A stretch of 63,794 nucleotides of DNA, the filler included, from Octopus bimaculoides (Eukaryota): the NCBI RefSeq assembly GCF_001194135.2. It is 4 parts of 4 records of this genome, joined end to end, with 100 filler letters (N's around TTAATTAATTAA, not from the genome) between each part and the next. Parts side by side here need not be neighbours in the genome. Positions count along the whole stretch, not along the records: positions 1 to 23,662 come from NC_069001.1; positions 23,763 to 44,411 come from NC_068992.1; 2 more parts are not named here. One strand, given 5' to 3'. The translations under genes were made by a program, and so were the position numbers. Positions 12,401 through 23,767 of the stretch are shown here, piece after piece (within the stretch, counting starts at the first letter, position 1; each line of letters starts with the position of its first letter). The notes under the pieces were generated by a model. The model saw only the letters and a program-made list of their open reading frames with translations, was not told the DNA's origin and ran no database searches.

Positions 12401-13324
12401 CTTTGATGTTTCTGGACTGAGTATATTCATGCAACTACATGTACATATGGAACACACACATAAACGCACAGACATATACATAAACATACACAAACACATG
12501 CATGCACTTTTAACAGATGAATTATCTTATGACCTATTTCACTGTTATAAAATTCAATAGTCAGAGAAAGAATATAATCCATATGTGATTTTATTAAGCA
12601 AAAAATTTATAACAAGTAAATCTCAGAAAATAGAGAACATTGCAGACACAAAACCACACACAACCTTATGATAATATATATCCTATGAATATCTTCAAAG
12701 TAATGGGTATGCTTGTTTGTCTTGGCATAGTTATGTTGAATTATTTGATATTTGTTAGTGATATCATTAAGGGAATTTTGATATTCTTAATAGCTAAATG
12801 CTATTTTATTTTCATTTCTGTTAAAATTGAAAATACAGATTCACATAAAAATGTGGAATATGTTTGTAGAAGACCTGGTATCACTAACTCAGGTAGTATT
12901 GAAAATATTCCATATTTAACCAAAAGACACTTCTTAAGTTTGTTTTTGAAACTTCATTTTTGTGACACTTAAAACCACTTTCCAAATTCTGGAAACTTCA
13001 AAAGAAGGATGTTTCATGCTTGGTGTTGCAGTGAATGGAAGTTGGATCCAATCTAATTTACAATTGTCTATGCCTTGAAGAAAATTTTCTCAAACTTATT
13101 TTCCATACATATCAAATGCTCTATAATGATATACTTGAGTTAATTAAAAGTTAAAATTCCACAGATATGAGAACATTTTATCTTATTGTACATAGACTTA
13201 TTTCTTCACTGACACATCAGTTTTAGTTTTCTATGTGAAGATGTCTGCATTCTCCTCTCTCAGAGAGATATTAGGTTCATTAAACTCCTCAACTATATCA
13301 AATAGCATTATTATGCAGTCAATT

Positions 13325-13523
13325 AAGGTGGCAGAATTGTTAGCACACTGGGCAAAATTCTTAGTGGCATTTTGTCCATCCTTACATTCTGTATTCAAAT
13401 TCTGTCAAGATTGACTTTACCTTTCATCCTTTTGGGAGTCGATAAAATAAGTACCAGTTGACAAAAAGATAACTAACATAGCCCCTTCCCCAAATTTGCT
13501 GGTCTTGTGGCATAGTTGAAACC
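13325..13523 (+). mobile_element. SINE family B
   Basis: Core cctttcatccttttgggagtcgataaaataagtaccag; CpG-decayed. Confidence 0.85.
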
Positions 13524-13859
13524 ACTAATATGCAGCCAATTTTCATTACTAAAGAATTCTAAAAGATTTTAGTTTTTTCTGATAAAAAAGTATTACTCAG
13601 TTTCTTTAAAGTCTACTTGTCATTTCAAAACTTGTGCATTTGACAGTCATTGCATGTCTGTAAACAGTAAGAATTTGCTGAACTTGGATCTCATATCCTG
13701 GTAAAGATTTGTAAATGAATGACTGTTCAGTGTGAAATTTTTTATGTAGTTGCTACTCTTAACTCCTTCTTGTATTAGGAATAAATTTGCTTAACCACTA
13801 ATGCCTCTCCATAAATCATGCAATGAGTGAATGTAGTGTCACTGTATCACTGTATTACA

Positions 13860-14090
13860 ACAAGTGAATGTTGTTATACATCACTGGCCACAATGCACTT
13901 CCTTGCATTGTTGTAGCTTTCACATGAAGCCACTCTGGTGGCTAGGTGGATAAGCCAACATATACCCTGAATAGAACGCTTGTCCATTGCAGAGTTACCC
14001 ATTTACAACTGAGTGGAATGGGGCACTGTAAAATGAAGTGCTTTTGCTCAAGAAAACTATACACTCTAGTCTGAAAATTGAAATCGTCTA
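13860..14090 (-). mobile_element. V-SINE-like element
   Basis: Minus strand ttgagcaaaagcacttc..cactcagttgtaaatgggtaactctgcaatggacaagcgttctattcaggg resembles the V-domain (CCTGCGATGGACTGGCGTCCC.TCCAGGG). Confidence 0.55.
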
Positions 14091-15592
14091 GGCCATGCCC
14101 CTTCATGTAGGAAGTGTATTGAAGTTAAATTTAACTTAATTTCAGCTTTAAACCTTACATTGTTCCTGTTACAGTGGATCTCTCCTTGGAATCTATCCTA
14201 CAGCATTTCTGATTAGATTTAGCTATGTTGTTTAGCCAACATTACCCTATTTAGAAATTTGGCAAGCAGTCTATGCAGAAAAGTAACACACCTACCTATT
14301 TATACTACAGTCAGTCATAACTTGAAGTAGCTGTCATAAAATATCAGTTAAAATGAAAACCTGCATCTGTTTTTGCATTGAAAGTAGCCAGAAGGTTTTG
14401 TAGAATATTCACCATTTATAAGTTTTGATTTCAAAACTCACCAGAAATAATATTACTTATGACTAGAGATTTTGTTTCCAGTCCACATCATTTATTACCC
14501 TCTCTCACAACATACTTCTTTCAATAATTTAACCAATATGCATATCTCTTATATTATATTTCTCTTCTTTCTCTCATACATAGGCACAAGTACATACAAT
14601 AGTGATAGTATAACATGTTAGAATCTAGGTCGTCCAACTGAATTTCTTTCTAACAGATATTAACAACCTTTTGATGGAGTCTTAAATGAAACCAGTATAT
14701 TGATTTGAGAACATTCACTATGTAGTTTATTTATCTTCAACACCAACTTCTGAAGTTTTCTCATCAATACTGTACCACTATCATTGCTGCTGCTGCACCA
14801 TCAGTATAGTTATTCTATTCCAGATGTACTTCCTTAAAAAAATGGACCATTCCTCCTGTTGTAGGTCTATCTAATGAATAACAGAACAGTAAGTCCTCAT
14901 GCACACTGTCTTCATAGAAATAACTAATAAATACCAATAATTGAACTGCATTTATAATGTCAGTCTCTCCAACTGAATTTCAAATTTAATACTTCCTTTA
15001 ATTCTTTCAATAAGTTATGAAAATTGATTGTTGGTAATTTCTATAATTCTTTCAGAATATCTATAAGAACTGTAGAAATTATATCATTTGATAATGGATG
15101 TTAAAAAAATTTCTGCATAGGTCTTTCTGTGAATAATTTCTGTGATTCTACATAGGGCTGGCAAGTCCTTTGCCATGTGTGGCTTCTTAACATTTGTAAT
15201 CAAGTATGAGGTTCCATATGATACTCTTAAGTATTTTCTGAGAACCAGTGCATGTTTTTTAAAAAATAATTTTATGCGCTTTTGAAAATTTCTGTAATCT
15301 TTTGAAAAACAATAAAAATTCATTTAAGTGTTGATGATGATAATGATGACTGAGATGTCATTAAAATTTAACAGGTTTTATTTTCATAACTTAGTGCAGA
15401 AAATTTGTTGTATTTTCTCTTATTTTATGCTGTATTGTTCAGTGTCCACAGTTTCATCCACTTTCTAATTCTTGTTACAATATCTCCAAAAATTATTACA
15501 GCGGTATTGTTTTCAGTCATGTTTTCCTTTAACAAACTTAACCATAAATGAGCAATGAGTTTTAATTCCCTGAAATAATAAAAAAAAAAACC

Positions 15593-15811
15593 ATTGGGTT
15601 GTCTGGAAAGTTCATGCCAATTTATAGTAGCTTACCTTTCAACTTATTTGTCATGAAACCACCTCAATTCTGGGAAGAGGCTATTTTCAAATTAAAGGAA
15701 AGATGGAGACGCATTGTGCAACAAAATGGTTCATATTTGGTTGATTAAAAATGTAATGGCAAGTATTTATTGACCTTTTTCTTTCCTTTAAAAATTGGCA
15801 CGAACCCAATA
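15593..15811 (+). mobile_element. Internally deleted mariner element
   Basis: TIR attgggttgtctggaaagttcatgccaattt / aaattggcacgaacccaat. Encodes the mariner C-terminus FWEEAIFKLKERWRRIVQQNGSYLVD*. Confidence 0.8.
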
Positions 15812-15895
15812 TTATTTTGAAAGTAGCTATAAAAGATTAAAACAATGTCAAATATAATTTAGTAAAAATGAATTATAATTGCATAAATATTTAAC

Positions 15896-16055
15896 AAGCA
15901 TAAGTGTGACTGAGTGGTTAAGAAGTTTGCTTCCCAACCATGTAGTCTTTGGTTTAATCCTATTGTTTGGCATTTTGGGCAAGTGTCTTCTACTATAGGC
16001 CCCGGTTGACCAAAGCTTTGTAAGTGGATTAGATAGAAACTTAAAGAAGCCTGTC
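15896..16055 (+). mobile_element. SINE family A
   Basis: tRNA-like head plus ttgggcaagtgtcttctactatag core. Confidence 0.85.
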
Positions 16056-16076
16056 ATCTACCTACCTACCTACCTA

Positions 16077-16127
<51 letters not shown>

Positions 16128-16155
16128 ACCTACCGACCTACCTATCTATCTATCT
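16056..16155. repeat. Compound (CTAC)n(CTGC)n tetranucleotide microsatellite
   Basis: Seen directly. Confidence 0.95.
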
Positions 16156-17887
16156 TGCAGGAGAAATACCTAGCCAAAGATAAACCCCTATACTTGGCTT
16201 TTGTGGATTTGGAGAAAGCCTTAAACAGGTTTTCCCGATCCCTTATCTGGTGGGTGATGTGGAAATTGGAGATTGAAAAATGGTTAATAAGGGCTGCACA
16301 GGCCCTATACAGAGATGCCATTAGTAGGGTTAGGGTTAGGGTTGGCAATGAGTATAGTGAAGAATTCCAGGTAGAAGTAGGGATCCACCAAGGATCAGCT
16401 CTCAGTGCCCTCTTATTCATCATAGTCCTCCAGGCAATAACAGAGGAATTCAAGACAGGTTACCCCTACGAGCTCCTCTATGCTGATGACCTGGCCATCA
16501 TAGCAGAATCACTACCAGAACTAGAGAAGAAATTTCAGGTGTGGAAGCAAGGTTTAGAATCGAAGGGCCTTAGAGTCAATGTTGCAAAGTTCTAGTAAGT
16601 AGGAAGGCGAACACATCACACACCCCTTCAGGTAGGTGACCCTGCTCGATATGTAGAAAAGGGGTAGGTAGAAACTCCATAAGATGTACCCAGTGTAAGC
16701 TATGGACACATAAGAGGTGCAGCAACATCAAAGGAAGATTAACTGGGAAGATAGCTTTTGTGTACGGCAGATGCACAGGGGCAATAAACACCACAGATGC
16801 TCAGAAAACAGATTCCATCACATGCCTGGGGGAGAAACTAGAAGTAGTAGATAGCTTCTGCTACCTAGGTGACCAAGTCTGTAGTGGGGGTGGATGCTCA
16901 GAGAGTGTTACCACTAGAATAAAAATAGCCTGGGAAAAGTTCAGAAAGCTTCTATTCCTACTGGTGACAAAGGGCCTCTCGCTCAGAGTGAAAGGTAGAT
17001 TGTACGATGCATGTGTGCAAACTGCCATAAACTGCCATGCTTCACAGCAGTGAAACATGGGCCATGACTGCTCAAGACATGTGTAGGCTTGAAAGAAATG
17101 AAGCTAGCATGATCCACTGGATGTGTAATGTCAGTGTAGGAGCCCTGAGAGAAATGTTAGACATAAGAAGCATCAGATGTGGCATGCAAGAGAGATGTTT
17201 GCATTTGTATGGTCATGTACTACGGATGGATGAGGAGAGCTGTGTGAAGAAGTGCCACTCCCAAACAGTTGAAGGAATCCGGGGTAGAGGGAGACCCAGG
17301 AAGACATGGGATGAGGTGGTAAAGCATGACCTTTGAACATTGGGCCTCACAGAGGCAATGAAAAAAGACTGAGACCTCTGGAGATATGCTGTGGCTGAGA
17401 AAACCCAACAAATAAAATGAGTTCACAGCTTTAACCTACACCAGTGTTGCATAACCAGCCCACTCAAAAGTACCTGGGATTGTAGGGTGACATGCCGTGG
17501 TTGAGGAGACCTATTGAGTCAAGTACATCAACATCAAAATCAAATGGAAATTGTAGATGTGATCCCCGTGCCGGTGGCATGCAAAAAGCACCATCCGATC
17601 GTGGCCGATGCCAGTGCTGCCTTGACTGGTTTCCGTGCCGGTGGCACATACAAAGCACCAACTGATCATGGTCGTTGCCAGCCTCCTCTGGCCCCTGAGC
17701 TGGTGGCATGTAAAAAGCACGCACTACACTCTTGGAGTGGTTGGCGTTAGGAAGGGATTCCAGCTGTAGAAACACTGCCAGATCAGACTGGAGCCTGGTG
17801 CAGCTTCCTGGCTTCCCAGACCCCAGTCGAACCATCCTACCCATGCCAGTATGGAAAACGGACGTTAAACGATGATGATGTTGATGA

Positions 17888-17890
<3 letters not shown>
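16156..17890 (+). mobile_element. RTE (BovB-like) LINE, 5'-truncated, with 3' UTR and (GAT)n tail
   Basis: QEKYLAKDKPLYLAFVDLEKA, VGIHQGSALS.LLF, ELLYADDL, FCYLGD, SETW, RGRPRKTW; the UTR ends ggacgttaaacgatgatg. Confidence 0.95.
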
Positions 17891-17940
<50 letters not shown>

Positions 17941-17980
17941 TGTATGCATGAGTACGTGTGTACTCTTGTCTGATGGTTGT

Positions 17981-18190
17981 AAATGAACATCATTGTTATA
18001 CAAGAGACGTTATGCATTTCCAATCTTCCATGAAAAACATGTTAAACTAAGGGAAGATATTCCCTTGTTTGGTAGTAGGCAAAGATTGGTGACAGGAAGG
18101 GCATCTGACCATAAAATCTGCTTTAACAAATTCCATCTGACCCATAATAAAATGGATGTTAAAATTTGATGCTGCTGCTACTGATGATGA
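17981..18190 (+). mobile_element. Short element with RTE-like tail (family H)
   Basis: gattggtgacaggaagggcatc...ggatgttaaaa..gatg; related copies at 46400 and 61620. Confidence 0.6.
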
Positions 18191-18328
18191 TTAGAACATA
18201 AAAGAAGAAGCTGAGTAAGCATAGAGAGCTAATGCACCCGCTAAAAAGAGCTTACTAGCCACCTTTGAACATGCTCGCTAAGTTCTTTAAAAAAATTAGA
18301 ACATTTAAAACCTTGTCTTTATACTGAA

Positions 18329-20079
18329 CTAGCAGTATAATCCGACCTTGTCCGGATTATGATGTAAATATGTTCATAATTCAAAAGACGATGAAATTAA
18401 TAGGGAAAGTCTGAAGGCTGTTTTGCGTAACATTATTAAGCGTACGTAAATTTCATCCATCTAATTGGCTATAGAAATGCTTGTGCAAAACAACTTTTTG
18501 TGCTGCCCTGATTATACATAGCAGGGTAATCCCTTTTCGCAGGAGCTAGGACAGCAATTTCTGATGAAGCAATTGCTGGCAATCTGTTGGTACACAGTTT
18601 TGCCAGAATTCTATCAGATTGGGCAGATGTTGATGCACCATTTTGCATTATGTTCAAAGTAGCTTCTGGAATGTGGTGAATTGCTGCAGTCTGTTGCTGT
18701 CATTTTAAACTGGTTGCTTNNNNNNNNNNNNNNNNNNNNNNNNNNNNNNNNNNNNNNNNNNNNNNNNNNNNNNNNNNNNNNNNNNNNNNNNNNNNNNNNN
18801 NNNNNNNNNNNNNNNNNNNNNNNNNNNNNNNNNNNNNNNNNNNNNNNNNNNNNNNNNNNNNNNNNNNNNNNNNNNNNNNNNNNNNNNNNNNNNNNNNNNN
18901 NNNNNNNNNNNNNNNNNNNNNNNNNNNNNNNNNNNNNNNNNNNNNNNNNNNNNNNNNNNNNNNNNNNNNNNNNNNNNNNNNNNNNNNNNNNNNNNNNNNN
19001 NNNNNNNNNNNNNNNNNNNNNNNNNNNNNNNNNNNNNNNNNNNNNNNNNNNNNNNNNNNNNNNNNNNNNNNNNNNNNNNNNNNNNNNNNNNNNNNNNNNN
19101 NNNNNNNNNNNNNNNNNNNNNNNNNNNNNNNNNNNNNNNNNNNNNNNNNNNNNNNNNNNNNNNNNNNNNNNNNNNNNNNNNNNNNNNNNNNNNNNNNNNN
19201 NNNNNNNNNNNNNNNNNNNNNNNNNNNNNNNNNNNNNNNNNNNNNNNNNNNNNNNNNNNNNNNNNNNNNNNNNNNNNNNNNNNNNNNNNNNNNNNNNNNN
19301 NNNNNNNNNNNNNNNNNNNNNNNNNNNNNNNNNNNNNNNNNNNNNNNNNNNNNNNNNNNNNNNNNNNNNNNNNNNNNNNNNNNNNNNNNNNNNNNNTCAC
19401 CGAAAATTTTTGTATATTCGGAATCTACATAATAAATAATATATGCATAGAAAATTTCATTAAAAAAATATTCATTTTCTGAAAGTTATGACCTTCCAAA
19501 GTTGGAAGGTACAACTCTGTAGTTATGCCACATTGACGAACATGAGTTATATTTTTGTGAATGATTGTGTTTACTTGCACGTGTATGCGTTTGAGAGAGC
19601 GAGAGAGGAAGAGGGAAAGAAAGGAATAGATAACGTGAGCAATGTGTATGTTGTTGTCACAGATCACGTATGTGTGGTTGTGTGTGTTTTTATGTATCAA
19701 TGTTATGAAAAATAGGTAAAGAATACTGAGAGGAAAGTTTAATCTATGACTTTGTTTGTATCACTTTCTCTCTCTCTCTCTCTCTCTCTCCCTCTCTCTT
19801 TTACTCTTACTCTCTATATTATATGTTGAGCACGTGAGTAAGAACGCCGTTCCAGGTAGAAGGGAAGAAATATCAAAGTTGCTAGAAACAGCAGCCAAAT
19901 CTCCCTTAAATCACACAAAGTAAACGGAATTTAAAAAATCTAATTACTGCACTGAAAAGTTCACATCAAGAAAATTCCATTGATGTAAAAATTTTTACAT
20001 AAAAGTGGAAAATGTGGATTTCTATACACTTTCAAAAAGGCTTCACACAGACACACAACTTCAGCTTTATGTATTAAGA
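18329..20079 (-). mobile_element. Non-autonomous Helitron (spans a gap)
   Basis: Minus-strand 5' end A|TC at 20079. 3' end CTAG|T at 18329, preceded by a perfect 8-bp hairpin (18337-44 / 18353-60). Weak helicase-like remnant at 18480-18719. Confidence 0.8.
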
Positions 20080-20691
20080 TTAATTTGCCAATGCTTTTTA
20101 CTAATTATGTGGAAATGCTTATCAGAAAAAAAAAAAAAGTAAATGAGATTTTCCTTGTTCATTCCTGTGTCACTGTGAGCAGAGAATATGTTGTAACTAA
20201 ATTAGGTGTGTTTTTGTTGTTAGGTAGATTTGAAAACAATGATAGAGCACTTATAAGACTGTGATTGATCAGATTATTGCACCAGAAGTAGAAATTTAGA
20301 TTTGATCAGACTGGCAATAAAAAGAAAAAGGGCATGATTGAAATATAAATTATAACCATTACTAATGTAAACAATGTCTTGAATAGGTAATGTTTTGTTT
20401 TATTGCTATGGTTAAGTACTCATTATTGTTGATGACACATAACTGCTACAAGGGGAACTTGAATTGAGGCGCAGTATGAATTGCTAGAAGCTCAATACTG
20501 AACATTAGTGGCAGGAAAAGATTGCAGACATTAAGGTTTTCAATCACAAAGTGACAACCAGAATACGAACAATATGCATTGGCCTGGTCACATTACCAGA
20601 ATGAACAACAAATGCCTTCCAAAGCACCTTTCAAAGCGTTGGTCATGGGGGGGGGGGGGGTGATGTTTAATGGTTAATATTTCTCTTGAAT

Positions 20692-20903
20692 AAGACAGCA
20701 AGCTAGCAGAATCCTTAGCACACTGGGCAAAATACTCAGCAGTATTTTGCCTGTCTTTATATTCTGAGTTCAAATTCGCTGAGATCAACTTTGTCTTTCA
20801 TCCTTTAGCATTGATAAAATAACTACCAGTTGAACACTGAGGTTGATATAATTGACTTACCCACTCCCCTGAAAATGCTGGCCTTGTACCAGAATTCAAA
20901 GCC
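20692..20903 (+). mobile_element. SINE family B
   Basis: Family core present; CpG-decayed. Confidence 0.85.
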
Positions 20904-20957
20904 AATATTCCACGTGAACAGTTGTAAGATCATGGCTGCAAGAAAATAAACATATAA

Positions 20958-21370
20958 GGTGCAGGTGTGGCTGTGTGATAAGAAGCTTGTTTCCCAACCA
21001 CATGGTTCCAGGTTCAGTCCCACTGCATGGCACCTTGGGCAGGTGTCTTCTACTATAGCCTTGGGCCAACCAAAGCCATGTGAGTGGATTTGGTAGGTGA
21101 AAACTGAAGGAAGCCCATCGTATATATATATATATATGTATATATTTATGTGTGGATGTCTGTGTCTGTTTGTCCCCCCACTGTCACTTAACAACCAATG
21201 TTGGTGTGTTTACGTCCCCATAATCTAGCAGTTCAGCAAAAGAGCCCAACAAAATAGGTACTAGGCTTTCCAAAGAATAAGTTCTAGGGTCTGTTTCTTC
21301 AACTAAAAAACCCTTTAAGGCAGTGATCCAGCATGGCTGCAGTCAAATGACTGAAACAAAGTAAAAGAAT
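20958..21370 (+). mobile_element. SINE family A, full length with 3' module
   Basis: Head + CORE-like block + (TA)n + 3' module ending ccagcatggctgcagtcaaatgactgaaac. Confidence 0.9.
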
Positions 21371-21384
21371 ATAAGAATAGGAAA

Positions 21385-21660
21385 GGAACGAATTCCAAAG
21401 CACCAACATTCTGGAGAGAAAGGACTGTACACAGGATTGGCATGTAGGGCCTGGAACATCAGTACATTGTGTTGTGGGGGATAAGCTGTGGAATGAATTA
21501 AAGGAGTTGTTTCCTCTGTTGACAACAAGAGTTATCTTTTTATGAAATAGATAACTACTTGAAGCAGGCTTGTGAAGTGTGGTACAAAAGAGCAAAGAAA
21601 CCTGTGAACTGAATGTGGAAGATTGTAGAAGATGCAGAGAGATGAGATGAGCATGAGTAT
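21385..21660 (-). mobile_element. CR1/L2-like LINE 3' coding remnant
   Basis: Minus strand ..SCVQSFLSRMLVLWNSF resembles the SF.PRT..LWNSLP terminus of CR1/L2/Jockey-group ORF2. Confidence 0.55.
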
Positions 21661-21677
21661 TGAATGTATAATATTGG

Positions 21678-21887
21678 TTTCAAATTTTTGCACAAGGCCA
21701 TCAAATTTGGGGGAGGGGTAAGTTGATTACATCGATCCAATGCTCAACTGGTACTTATTTTATCGACCATGAAAGGGATGAAAGGCAAAGTCAACCTCAG
21801 CAGAATTTGAACTCAGAAAGTAAAGACGTATGAAATGTCGCTAAGCATTTTGCCCAGAGTGCTAATGGTTCTGCCAACTCACTACCT
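21678..21887 (-). mobile_element. SINE family B
   Basis: Family core present; CpG-decayed. Confidence 0.85.
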
Positions 21888-21899
21888 GTTGAATGTATA

Positions 21900-22190
21900 A
21901 CATTGACTTGAATGACAAACAGGGCACAAAATGTGACCTAACAGGGTGGTTGGGTATTAAAGGAGTCAGCTGAAGTGATTGTTCCAGTATGGGGTATGCA
22001 CTGCAGTCTGAGTGCTCAAAAGAAAGACTGTGTGCTGTCAGTGGAGGGTGTTCATGAAAGAAGACTGAAGAAAACATGAAACGATATGAAATGCTAAGGA
22101 GTTTATGACAAAAGACTAAGATGGCAGACAGTATGATGTACATAAGAGCTATCCAACTCATGCCAGCACAGAAAAACAGAACTTCTATCA
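21900..22190 (+). mobile_element. Degraded RTE 3' end
   Basis: Ends in ccaactcatgccagcacagaaaaacagaac (RTE tail-like). Confidence 0.45.
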
Positions 22191-22862
22191 TTAGTTTTCA
22201 TTTTGATAATTCAATAAGTATAATATTCTTAGGAAGGAATTTCTCTCTAAAGAAAGGTAGGAAATTACTTTTTATGTATTTGTTTTGCAAGATTCTTGAT
22301 GTGAAATCGTGTGTTGAAACAGAAATTTTTAGACTTGGGAGTGGTCATATTTTGCCAATTAAACCAAATATATAGTGCATGTGTTTAATTGGCAAAATAC
22401 GACCATCCCTAAGTATAACAATATTTTTTCCTATAAAAAGCTTTTTTCTGAGGTAACATTAGACTATTGGCATATATCAAGAAACACAAGCCTTCTTTAC
22501 AAAAAGCTTCTTTTCTTCTCTAGATGTACATAGAAATAAATTCTCTTCCTAGTGCCCATCTAGGTAACAAAACAAAAACTAGATTCTAGTAAGAAGTTCA
22601 TACTGAAGTGGGTCATGAGTTTTGAATTTAAGAATTTTGAAGTGATTGAAAAGTAATAAGCTTTGCATGACTTAACAGTTGTGCAATTATTTACATGTAA
22701 TGGTTTTGTTTTTATCATTAATGATTCTTCATTGAAATTGATGGAAGGTATCAGTAAATGTATTCAGGGGAAAATGGCTGTGCTGATTTTGGCAGATGAT
22801 AGTTGAGTGGAAGATACAAATTAATAGTTAGTGGAAATTTTATTAATGTTAGACAAACATTA

Positions 22863-23027
22863 GACACAGGTGTGGTTGCGTAGTAAGAAGTTTGCTTTGC
22901 AATCACATGGTTCTGGGCTCAATCCAACTGTGTGATATCTTGTGCAAATGTCTTCTACTATAATCTTGGGTTGACCAAAGACTAAAAAGTGGCTTTGATA
23001 GACAAAAACTGACAGAAGCCCATCATA
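22863..23027 (+). mobile_element. SINE family A
   Basis: Head and core recognisable. Confidence 0.8.
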
Positions 23028-23030
23028 TAT

Positions 23031-23222
23031 ATATCATGGAAGATCCTAGAAAATCCAGGCCTCTATATCAAAGGGACCAAGCATTGTAAGATGTGCATAG
23101 CCAAATGGACAAGGATATTATAGGACTCCTTTGACCCAGGGAACATCCTTAACTCAAGGATGGGAGTTTTTGGACCCTGCTTGCACTTCAGGAAATTCCT
23201 GCTGATATCCTTGGACCCATAA
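23031..23222 (+). mobile_element. Penelope-like element GIY-YIG C-terminal remnant
   Basis: ISWKILENPGLYIKGTKHCKMCIAKWTRIL*DSFDPGNILNSRMGVFGPCLHFRKFLL: the W.I..Y..C..C..LN.R..C.H..K.LL pattern, as at 27361-27780. Confidence 0.75.
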
Positions 23223-23662
23223 GCCAACGGGGTCAGTTACAGATAGCAGTCAAAGAGAGACAAACCCTTGTTGTTGACAAATAGTAACAAAGTCTCTCTT
23301 CTTTCACCTCTTTGTGGAGTTAATTATCTTCATCTTTAGTTACAGTTTCTCATTTAAACTACATAATACACAGAATTGTCGCATTAATACAGTAGGGTGT
23401 TTTGAGGGAGATTTGGCTGCTATTTCTACCAGGTCTAGCTACCACGTAGAGGTCTGAACTTAATTTTCATTCACAGATTTGCATTTAAAAAATTTAACAT
23501 AATCTTTTCCATAAATCAACTATTGTAAAAATTTTCTACCATGACCTCACATTTTCTATGTATGTGTGTGTACCTTAAAAGACATGATTAGACAGAGGTC
23601 CAATAGAACAGTTCTCAGAAACAGACTGCTTTCAAATTCTTTCTTCACAACTCCTTGAAGCT

Positions 23663-23762
23663 NNNNNNNNNNNNNNNNNNNNNNNNNNNNNNNNNNNNNN
23701 NNNNNNTTAATTAATTAANNNNNNNNNNNNNNNNNNNNNNNNNNNNNNNNNNNNNNNNNNNN
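23663..23762. other. Artificial scaffold spacer
   Basis: 44N + TTAATTAATTAA (stops in all six frames) + 44N = 100 bp. Confidence 0.97.
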
Positions 23763-23767
23763 ACACA

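Noticed and set aside
12839-12892. 54-nt exon candidate (SHKNVEYVCRRPGITNS)
   Set aside because: Purine-rich acceptor, weak GTAGTA donor and no recognisable family; below my reporting threshold.
17560-17725. CRISPR-like palindromic repeats with spacers
   Set aside because: The spacers resemble each other (a tandem 60-70-bp unit) and the array is part of an RTE 3' UTR.
21551-21612. Terminal exon candidate DNYLKQACEVWYKRAKKPVN*
   Set aside because: The opposite strand reads as a CR1/L2 ORF2 C-terminus, which is the simpler explanation.
23707-23718. TTAATTAATTAA as a biological motif (PacI or homeodomain site)
   Set aside because: It is centred in exactly 44N+44N three times: an assembly spacer.
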